From positions 186,001 to 250,000 of the forward strand of contig JAWMAR010001270.1 of NCBI GenBank assembly GCA_036785375.1: a stretch of DNA of 64,000 nucleotides. The letters run 5' to 3'. The DNA is from Leucoraja ocellata (taxonomy: Eukaryota). Made by a program: the position numbers and the translations under genes. This document shows, piece by piece, positions 1 to 9,590 of this stretch (the first letter of the stretch is position 1; each line of letters opens with the position of its first letter). The notes beneath the pieces are model-generated. The model was not told the DNA's origin. It saw only the letters and a list, made by a program, of their open reading frames with translations, and searched no databases.

Positions 1-1041
1 AAACTCCATACAGACAGCACCCGCAGTCGGGATCGAACCCAGGTCTCTGGCGCTGTAAGTGCAGCAACTCTACTACTGCGATACGGTCCTGCCCGATTTC
101 AGTAATTTAAAAAATATCCAGAGAATTACTGTGTATATTTGGAATATTATGTCCTCCCATTGAACGGCACAAGGTCTCTAAGTGAGGCGCATCAAACATT
201 TAAATTACACGAAAATTACTTAACCATTTGGTCTACAACAGGTTTCTGCTCGTGCAATTTAATGTGTGTTCTGAAGCCAAAATCATTGATTTGTGCAGAG
301 GAATGTGAGTATAACCACGATACGGGGAAAACATAAATAGTTCAAACCGCCTCGCTCACAACGTTGGCTTCTTGCCTGTAGTCCAAACTTTAAGTAATCC
401 TTCATTTCTACGATTTTTAAAACAATACATTGGAGGAAATTATAAGATTAACAGTTTGGTTTAAATCTCCCTGATTTATATTGGCCCATTCGATTAATTT
501 ACAGCCCCTATTCTCCTGTGTTGTGTGGATGTCAACAGCATAAGTTGATTGCTCTACTGGGCATTATCGGAAGAAAAAACATAGATTTCATTCATACGTT
601 AGCTGTCGCGGCTTGGCGCCAATCTTCTGCTGGACTCCCCATAGAATATTGCTGCAATGGTGTTTATGAAAATAGTAGAAATATTAGTTAACAAAAACCA
701 GCATGGAGATTTGGTTTTGTAGGAATAGCAACCGGAGTTAGTGTTAAAAACGTCAGATGGAAACATAATCAATAGAAAGCTGCGGATGGCGATGGTGAGG
801 GCTGAACAGGAAGAAACGAAAAGGGTGATTGTTGTTTGAATGCATATAATAGAAAGAGCGAAAGAGCACAACACAAATTGGGAAGGGGGGGGGGGAGATT
901 CAAGGGAAGGTGGGTGTCTACGTTTGTGCATCTAAATATTCACATGCACTCCTTACCTTCTACGCGGAAACGATTTGTGACAATTAACTGAGTAGGCAGC
1001 TGATGCATATTTAATTCCGAGTAAAAATCTGGATGCTACGG

Positions 1042-1155
1042 GAGGAAGTTGTGAACATGATTCAGGAAGTATTGGAAGGCTTTGTTACAATGGGAATGGG
1101 CCGAACTATGACCTCTTCCACCGCACGAGCCACAGTCGTGGGATATATTACGTCA
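1042..1155 (+). promoter_or_regulatory. Candidate proximal promoter motifs (two ETS/PU.1-type GGAA sites, CRE-like site)
   Basis: GAGGAAGT 1042-1049, CAGGAAGT 1063-1070 and TTACGTCA 1148-1155, lying 90-200 bp upstream of the leader ATG. Motif match only. Confidence 0.3.
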
Positions 1156-1245
1156 CGGTCACGTTTCATATATTTACTCATAATTTCCTTTTCCGCAGAG
1201 CAAGTTTTGAGTAAACTAACAACGTTGGCAATTTATTCTTGTAAT

Positions 1246-1300
1246 ATGTCGGTGAAAGTTAGAGTTTGGTCCATGGCTCTTCTGGTCATACTAACGCAGG
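1246..1300 (+). CDS. Gene 1 leader (signal peptide) exon MSVKVRVWSMALLVILTQ
   Basis: 55 bp ending CAGG|GTATAG (phase 1). Gene 4 has a homologous exon of the same length (MSFGASVRYMTLLATVWH|GTACGT). Confidence 0.75.
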
Positions 1301-4300
1301 GTATAGTTAAAATGTGTGCCATTTCTGGTCTAAGTATCATTTTACGAAATTCGGACCTGGTTTCGAGCTATTAGGTTCATCTATTAGGCCCTCGTGGGTT
1401 TATTGTTGTTTCGTGCTTTTCGACAGTTGGTTCCTGTTTTCTCTGTCCAGTGTTTACAACTGTTTCAATTGTTCTTGCTTTTTTCCCGACAGCTACCGAA
1501 GTCTATCCGACCAGAGTGTCCCAATTCCCTGTCAACTTGGACCTTGGCGGCGGTGAACACGCTATCATGTATTGCAAATTTCCAATATTGAAAGGCAATA
1601 TTGGCGTTAATTGGTGGAGGGACGGCATGAAGACATTCCTTGAACCGGACAGTAGAAAACAATTTATCATAGATTCTGGAAGCGGAACATTTACTCTCCG
1701 ACATGTGCGTGTAGCCGACTCCGGCCTGTATTACTGTCAAGTAAAGTTCCAGCAGCAGGTTATCGGAAATGGAAGTGGCAGCCGAATCACCGTATTTGGT
1801 GAGTGTGTGTGTTAGGGAAATAAGCAATTTTCAGTTCTATGTCATTTGTAAAGTCTAGTCGCGAGGATAATATGAAAAATCGCCTGTTGATAAATATCCA
1901 GTAATAACAATTTTAAATTACAGGGACCAGTAATTCAAAATAAAACAAAGCACAATGGACATAACCAGCACGTCGAGTAGCACTTGTGGGACGCGTGGGT
2001 ATTGAGGGTTATTCTGTTCATTGTACGATACTTTGCGAGACTCCTTTTCATTGCCGCTATGAATGGGCGCAGCCCATTCATTTAGCGGTCCCGAATTTTA
2101 AGCCAATCTCCCAGATGGATTTATCGCTAAGAACGGGTAAATGTTGAGATGGAAGGAATTCATTCTGAGGTGTGGTTAGAAATGTTTTGCAATGAGATAT
2201 TTAAATAATATTCCTGTTAGTTTGAGTGGCTGGAGTGTGATGTCCAGTTTTCTCATCACTAAGAAAAGAGAGTAGGAGCAATTTTAATACGTCGATGGTA
2301 GAGTCTGTCATGCCTCTATTCTACATCGACAGCTTTAGAACCTCATAGTGCTGCTGCAACCCAAGGACCTTGGTCTTCCAACACGTGGGACTCATCGCTG
2401 CTGATTCCAAGCTGACTTCAATGAAATCTTTTTTCTTTTTTTTTGAAATCGCTTGATACTATTTTTGTCAGGCATAACCTCAGTCTATTCAACCAATTTG
2501 GCACCGTACGGGGGGAAAAAGAAGTAAACAACATCTCAAATTAAATTATTTAAAGTCCGGGAATAAACAGTAACATTTATTTCATCATTAAAGATTATCC
2601 TGATTAAGTGAATTAAGTCAAGCTTTCTAAAGATCTGTAATAAACGGACAAAGCAACCCAACAATCAACTCCCCGTCCAGTTAGACACCGGCTGCAGCTC
2701 GTACGGAAGGAGTTCGCGTTAATAAATGCCAAATATAGGGCTTTTTACGTGCAGACCTAAATGAGTAGAATCTGCACAGCGAGAAACAGAGCTTGTTCTT
2801 TTCCCTCGTTTGGCTTCTGCAAGCTATCATCATTAACGCCGATCTAACGTTGTCGATTCACTGTCGCCAAGTTGGCACAACAGATGGAACTGATTTGTAT
2901 AGAGACACAAAATGCCGGAGTAACTCAGCGGGGCAGGCAGCATCTCTGGGTAGAAGGAATGAGTGACGTTTGGGGTCGATACCCTTCTTCAAACCTCGAT
3001 CAGAAACGTCACCCGTTCGTTCTCCGAAGAGATGTTGTTGTTCGGTTTAAACCAGCTTCTGTAGTTCTTTCCTACATACTGACATAGAATAAGTGCGCTC
3101 GTAGATTGCTTGTAATATATACCACGGTGTTTCAATAAAAGCATTCAATGCGCGAGAAAGGTAGGTGTTCCAGCACTTGGTTCACATGCAGGTAAATGTT
3201 TGTGATCGGCATTTCAAACCCATATCTGGTTCTGGTTCTGGTTGATTACTGCGCAAACACCTCATGTGGTTATATCGTGCAGGTCGGAGTGAGTAGAGTA
3301 GAGTGTAGTGATTAGTTGTTGAAGTGGGTGTTTTTGACCAGGGTGAGGAGATTTAATCCATATACTACTTAAAGTGCTAACGGGATTCATCATTAATCTT
3401 CATGTATAACCGCTTTCTGTCACCACACTATACAAATCTGTTATATTTCGATTATGATGGCTCCATTTCTTTTGCAACATATGAATGATCCGAACATGGC
3501 CACTTTTAAATAATCACGGCAGGCTTCTGGCAAAAACGTTCGCGCGATACCGGGGAACGTCCATTCAGAACAGAGTTTATTTTGGAACTCCTTAAATTCT
3601 GTTGGCACTCCTTAAATTCACCCTCTTTGTATCTTGGCGGAGTTCGTCCGTGTGTCCGCTAGGAAAGGGAGTATAAATGAACGACAAACTGGGAAGTTTA
3701 AATATTAAATAATTTGGTATTGACAAATACGACTCGGTGGCGAGATAAAATGTAAATATTTACAATGAAATGGAAAGCGAACACCCGATATTTTGTTTTC
3801 TTTGCTTAAGATCCCCCAACTCCCTTGACAATTGTTCCTGCTGAAGGACTTGGCTCTCCACGGAAACTTGTGTGCAAAACTGGCGCCTTTTATCCGGAGA
3901 AATTAGAAATAATCTGGCTAAGAAATAACGAGGAAATTCGCACTGGAATCGAAGCTGTGAAAAAACCGAGCGAAGAAGGATTGTTTGTGGCTACTAGTTC
4001 TTTGGAAATAACGCAGCCTGGGGAGGGCAAAGATATTTACACCTGTCTGGTATCACATGTCTCCCTGAAGATGGCGGCCAGTTTCAGTTATACCCTGGGC
4101 CAAGGTAAGACTGGAGCCAATTACACATGATATTGGGGCGGTAGATCAAATTCGATCAGATTAATAACTGGACAGCTTTCCGTACAAGGGTAAGGGTAAA
4201 TGTGGCTCGCATTTATTCGCATGAAAGCAACACTTGTATGCTGTTTAAAATGAATTGTATTTCATCAGTTCTTGTAAGGAAATCCGTGTGAGATGAATTG

Positions 4301-6947
4301 ACAAACTGAATTGATATAATGATTGTAATGATCAAAAACGTCCTGGAATATGCATATATCTACTGTCTGGTGAAATATATGAAGATAAAGCCTAAATTCC
4401 GTTTAACGTCAGTAAGCAGCTCTCCACACATGGGCACAATACAACGGCAATTGCTTGTCCTGTGGATTCCATTACTAACTTCCATCTGGTGCCTCGTGGT
4501 ATACCTTCCAAACTTTCCGATGTGGGTATTAAAATGCACCTACGAAATGATTTACTTTGTTGACTGCCGTTTGTATATTTGTTCTGAAATGTATAAATTC
4601 TTTACAGTTTCTAAAATGTATGCTACTCGACCGGGAATTGATCGCAAACAGATTGTCGTATATGCAGTAGGTGGATCAGTAATTTTAATTCTGATTATAA
4701 TCGTGATAGGACTCACCTTAAAGATATGGCACGGTAAGAATCTTGATAATAATCATACAATAATAATTTCTATGGTTAAAACGAGAATGGATATGTCAAT
4801 AGTGTTTGCTCACAGAGGAGAACCGGGGTACTGATTGTGGATGATCAGCCATGATCACATTGAATGGCGGTGCTGGCTCGAAGGGCCGAATGGCCTACTC
4901 CTGCGCCTATTGTCTATTTTCTATTGTCAGTCAAACACTGAATCTGAATAGAAAATTATTTCATCTGCCTCACACCACCCTGGCATCACATATAACCCTT
5001 AAAGGTTCCTTCCAGTTTCAACTATTTGGTCAAACAAGGAAATGCAGGAAGCATTTTAAACGGGTCCTACGTCAGATTAGAAATACAGCTGCGTAGTTGT
5101 TCAAACACGAGAGATAGAAGTGTGAATTGTATTATTTGTGATGAAAGACCAACGTGCAAGCAGCTCAAAAACTAATACGTCATTCAATGCATCCCGACTG
5201 AGATGAATTAACAACCTGAATTTATGTGCGGCTTATTTCATGGTAAACAATCGTGAGTATATAGGACTGCGCGGCCAGATTCGGCTCAATATCCATCTAC
5301 AAATTTGTAGACGACACCACGGTTGTGAGCATGATCGCAGACAGTGGCATGTGCGTGTGTCCCTAGTTCTCGAATTCACTCTTAACCCCCTCTTTTACAT
5401 TACCCATTGCTAAAATACGTCCTTACATCTTCACGGTATCTGCACGCATGTCCTATTATGTGGATCGATGACAAATTATACTGTTTAATGGCTCTGCGTT
5501 TTTTTTAAACTGATGTCTATTGCCTAGTGTAACAATATGAAAAAAATAAATCTCTTCTTAACCTTAATCAATTATCCCCTACAGAAAGAGCTACTTTGTA
5601 AAGTGACGCGTTTGCTTGATAATTAAAACATTAACCCATAATTGTTGCAATATGTATTTCCTACAATATTTTTTGGTGGGTTGGAACGTTACTTTTCAAT
5701 GCTCTGCCGTATTAGCTTCTACTCCCTGTATAATTAATATGTCTTACGGTTTCTTATTTTTCAGCTAATCCAGAAAGTACCTATAAAATACTGATTCTCA
5801 CATGTGCAGTGGGCGGTTTGGTAATTTTACTTTCGATTATAATTTTGATCAGATTAGCATGGACGGCACAACATGGTAAGAACCTTGGATTGTTCAGTTA
5901 TTTCAATTGTATTTCTAGAAAAGAGAAAATATGCGTTTTTATTCGGAATTAAACAGAACGTCCATAGTATTTATCTATTTTACAGTTGGCTATACCAATG
6001 TAAACTGCGCCTTAAAATGCAATGATTTCACCTTTCCATTCGAAGTATTCACTCCTCCCCTGAACCAATGCATTTTGAACACCTGTGTTTATTCACCGAA
6101 ATGTATCCCTCGTGAAAAACCGATAGGAAACTGAGTGTCCGAGAGCAAAGTAACCAATTTCAATCTGTCCAAAAGGCCATGCCGGCTAACTGCAACAACC
6201 TGTGATCCGACTGACACGTGAAAGTTTATCACTAAATTCAGAATGGGAATTTACACCATGGCCTTGACAGATGAAACTGGTTGCCAGCGATCAAACAAAA
6301 ATACATCAAAACGGCTCTGTGCAATATTAGTACTTCACATGGATAGTATCCTATGTGTTTAAGAATTTAACGAATCTCTTAATCTGGCCTTCAATGTCGC
6401 CTGTTTGACGTTTGTTCCTTCTCCTTATGACCCCGTGGATTTATTCCGGGTGTTCCTGATTTCTAGCACATCTCAAAGATGTGTGGAATGGCGGGTTAAT
6501 TATCCCCTGTAATATGCTCATCTGGTAGAGGACTGCTAAAGTTTGGGGGCGCAGGGGAGGTTAATGACAATATGAAGATAATAAAGTAGAATTTGGGTTA
6601 ATGGGAGTTTGACGGTCGGCGCAGACTTGGATCCGCGTAACTACGACATAGTTGTGTGGACCAAGATCGGCTCATGTGAAAATCGAGAAAAATATTGATA
6701 TAAAATCCATATAACCTTTCTGCAAACTAAAATGTATAATTGTTGAGTACCTTAGAATGTTATTGGAAATAAAAACGATTGTTTTCCCGAGTCAATGAAC
6801 GATGGACTAACGGCCGATATGGAATTACTTCCACAGACTAAAGGAGGGGGAGCCAACAAGCTGTTCCGCATCTTCCCAACTAATAACACATCAACAATTA
6901 AGCAAAACGGCAAACACGCAAAGGTTTCAAAGAAAGCGAGAAGTTGA
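1246..6947 (+). CDS. IgSF receptor gene 1 (leader-VJ-C1-TM-tail), spliced
   Basis: Exons: leader 1246-1300, V 1493-1798, C1 3811-4104, TM-a 4608-4733 and/or TM-b 5765-5875, tail-b 6837-6947. The L/V/C1/TM junctions are GT-AG phase 1 with open frames. The link between the TM exon and the tail is unresolved. Confidence 0.8.
1493..1798 (+). CDS. Gene 1 VJ-type Ig V-domain exon
   Basis: Acceptor ttttcccgacag, donor G|GTGAGT. Contains MYC, VNWW, DSGLYYC and a J-like GNGSGSRITVF. Confidence 0.92.
3811..4104 (+). CDS. Gene 1 Ig C1-set exon
   Basis: Acceptor tttgcttaag, donor G|GTAAGA. LVC..FYP..W..YTCLVSH matches the Ig/MHC C1 signature [FY]xCx[VA]xH. Confidence 0.92.
4608..4733 (+). CDS. Gene 1 transmembrane exon TM-a (acceptor shifted or lost)
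   Basis: IDRKQIVVYAVGGSVILILIIIVIGLTLKIWH followed by G|GTAAG. The AG used in gene 2 reads TG here; an in-frame tttacag acceptor lies 15 nt upstream. Confidence 0.55.
4817..4928 (+). mobile_element. CR1 3'-UTR fragment (copy at 46518-46629)
   Basis: gatcagccatgatcacattgaatggcggtgctggctcgaagggccgaatggcc matches the 3' end of the CR1 at 25750-25810. Confidence 0.8.
5265..5342 (+). mobile_element. Short RT remnant (Rex1/Babar-like)
   Basis: DCAARFGSISIYKFVDDTTVVSMI resembles the KFADDTTVVGLI motif. Confidence 0.5.
5765..5875 (+). CDS. Gene 1 transmembrane exon TM-b
   Basis: ttcttatttttcag|...G|GTAAG, 111 bp, phase 1-1. Encodes NPESTYKILILTCAVGGLVILLSIIILIRLAWTAQH. Absent from the ORF track. 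Confidence 0.8.
6837..6947 (+). CDS. Putative terminal cytoplasmic exon tail-b
   Basis: ttacttccacag|ACTAAA. Encodes TKGGGANKLFRIFPTNNTSTIKQNGKHAKVSKKARS*. Homologous to tail-c in both acceptor context and peptide. Confidence 0.5.
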   Translation, partial: TKGGGANKLFRIFPTNNTSTIKQNGKHAKVSKKARS

Positions 6948-7489
6948 GAAACAAAATACACTTCGTTTCTGTGGACTATAAGGAATTACGGGTTTGAAGT
7001 ATTGTTCCTTTGTACCTACTGCATGCAGTCAAAACAACGATGGAGGTCACAGATACAGGAGAGGATAGTGAAACGTTCGTTTTCACATTAGGCAGTATGA
7101 TAAACTGCAGAAATTGTCGCTGAATATGTCAATTTACCGAGTGTTCAATGTCGAAAGCGATAGCAGTTTAAAGCGGATAGCAAAACTAAACACCCGCGCT
7201 AGTTTATTTAGGATGCTTTCAAACAACCTTACAGATGGCGAGAGTTCACGAACATTTCGCAACTCATTTCAAACCAAATGCCAATTAATTACATTTTAAA
7301 ATGAAATAACGTTCCATTCATTAAATCACTTGCTTTTGCAAATCAAGCCATGGTTTATAGTTCATCAGCTGTTATGAAATGCGACGGCGTGGAGACAAAC
7401 TACAGAAGGAACTTTGTCGCTGAACCGACAGAAGGCACATTGGAAGTCAGAGCATTCAATACCGACGTTGGGAGGCCATGGTACAGTAG

Positions 7490-8133
7490 CATAAGAAACA
7501 CAGAAACATAGAAACATAGAAAATATGTGCAGGAGGAGGCCATTCAGCCCTTCGAGCCAGCACCGCCATTCATTGCGATCATGGCTGATCGTCCCCAATC
7601 AATAACCCGTGCCTGCCTTCTCCCCATATCCCTTGATCCCACTAGTCACTAGCCACCATCTAACTCTCTCTTAAATCCATCCAGTGATTTGGCCTCCACT
7701 GCCCTCTGTGGCAGGGAATTCCACAAATTCACAACTCTCTGAGTGAAAAAGTGTTTTCTCACCTCAGTCTTAAATGGCCTCCCCTTTAAAACTGTGCCCC
7801 CTGGTTCTGGACTCGCCCAACATTGGGAACATTTTTCCTGCATCTAGCTCGACCAGTCCTTTTATAATTTTATATGTTTCTATAATATTACTTCCTCTCA
7901 TCCTTCTAAACTCCAGTGAATACCTCTTTTCAATCTTTCCTCATATGACAATCCCACCATCCCCGGGATCAACCTCGTGAACCTACGCTGCACTGCCTCA
8001 ATCACAAGGATGTCCTTCCTCAAATTAGGAGACCAAAACTGCACACAATACTCCAGATGTGGTCTTACCAGAGCCCTATACAACTGCAGAAGAACCTCTC
8101 TACTCCTATGCTGAAATCCTCTTGTTATGAAGC
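7490..8133 (-). mobile_element. CR1 LINE 3' fragment
   Basis: [15 protein letters not shown] and FFTQRVVNLWNSLP motifs; (CATAGAAA)n tail. Copy at about 49191-49831. Confidence 0.9.
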
Positions 8134-8299
8134 TATAGCAGGGTGACTAAATCTTCCTATCGTTCTGCATTATTTTTTAATAAGCGAGGCATTTAATAAT
8201 ACCTAGGCCCTGGGTCATTCGGAGATGAACATTCTCGCCAGCTGAGCTACTGTGTGTGTATGGACCTGCATATTCATTTTAATGAGATTTATAAATAAA

Positions 8300-9479
8300 C
8301 TATACTAAGTGGGATCCGTTGGGTCCCTGTCACACAAGAGGCTTGGTTCCCCAACGCAATATTGCATCACTCACCCATAGCCCCCAACTGCACGGGCGCA
8401 GCTCATTTCCCCCCATCCCTAGCACTCTCGCCCCTCCCCTTCACCCTCCCTCTTCATTCCCCTCTACTCATCTCCTCCACCAACCCCCCCCCCCCCCTCA
8501 CCTCTCTCTCCCTCTCCTTTCCCCTATCCTCAGTCACTCCCTCCCTCCCTCCCTCCCTCCCTCCCTCCATAACTCCGCTCACTTCCCTAATCCCCTCCTC
8601 TCCTTCTATTTCCCCTCCTCCCCTACTCTCCCTTCTCACTTCTTCCCTCTCCTCCTACCCTCCCCCAAATCTTCCCTCGCCTCTCCTTTCCCCTACCCTC
8701 AGTCACTCTCTCCCTCCCTCCATAACTCCTCCCCCCCCCCCCCTCCTCCCCCACTCTCCCTCCCCAGGATCTCGAGGTTGCCGCTCCTCTCCCTTCTTGT
8801 GAGCCCTGGAGGAGCATCAGCTGTCGGCGCCCTCAGAGCCAGGCCTCGGATCGGCCCGGAAGCACCAGCAACTGTGTCTTTGTGCCAGCGTGTGGGCGGG
8901 GGGGGGGGGGGGGGGGGGAGATCAGGGAAAAGACGGGAGAAGAGTCATGGGGGAGAGGGGGTATCACGGGGAAGGGGGCAGGGTCCAACGAGGGGCACGA
9001 GAGGGGAAGGGGCAGGAGCTGGGGGGCGTTGCGATGGTGGTATGTTTGGGACTCACAGTGGTCGCTGGAATTTCTCCTCCGCCGAGATCAGATTAACCAC
9101 TTTCCATTTGGCGACGTCTGCCATGCAGCGCCGCTTCCGGTCCCTCCGAAAATTGTGTCCGGTTGGAGACCTCCGTCGGCCACCCACGGCGTCCCTCAGC
9201 TCCAGTAAAGACGCGATGGCGCAGGAAGGGGCGGACCGTCCTGATGATTGACAGGAAAGGAGACTATTTCCGCGCGGCGCTGACTAGCAGGAGAGGAGAT
9301 CGATCTGCGGCTGCGCAGTTTTAAAGATTTTTATATCTCGCTAACGTTTACAATAGGACAATAGCTCTGGACAATGGTGAGTAAGAAAAATCATAGCACT
9401 GTCCCGTACCACTTTTGCGCAAATAGAAAAACTACGCAAACCGGAAGAGCACAAGATCAGAGCTTTAGTTATGTACAGA
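8300..9479 (-). mobile_element. Non-autonomous Helitron-like element (copy at 49998-51151)
   Basis: On the minus strand it starts A|TC and ends with hairpin GGGACCCAACGGATCCC about 7 nt before ATAG|T (CTAG variant). The interior is low-complexity C/T-rich sequence. Confidence 0.6.
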
Positions 9480-9505
9480 TAGAAGATGGATAGATGGAAA
9501 GACAG

Positions 9506-9590
9506 ACAGACGGACGGACGGACGGACGGACGGACGGACGGACGGACGGACGGACGGACGGACGGACGGACGGACGGATGGATGGATGGA
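9506..9590. repeat. (GACG)n/(GATG)n microsatellite
   Basis: Direct inspection. Confidence 0.95.

Noticed and set aside
691-699. Perfect RSS nonamer ACAAAAACC upstream of the V genes
   Set aside because: No CACAGTG-like heptamer at 12 or 23 bp spacing, and it is not adjacent to a coding segment.
1450-1492. Hydrophobic N-terminus of the V ORF as a signal peptide
   Set aside because: It starts at GTG and is the polypyrimidine tract; a separate conserved leader exon exists.
1798-1815. V ORF ends GECVC, like the Ig light-chain C-terminus GEC
   Set aside because: This is a translation of the GTGAGT splice donor plus a (GT)n run; it is not conserved in gene 4.
1465-1827. Antisense 120-aa ORF over the V exons
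   Set aside because: Shadow of the coding strand; repeated only because the copies are near-identical, and not listed for gene 4.
8319-9251. 310-aa Pro/Ser-rich ORF (and 50017-50923)
   Set aside because: Low-complexity interior of a repeat element; the frame is not conserved between duplicates.
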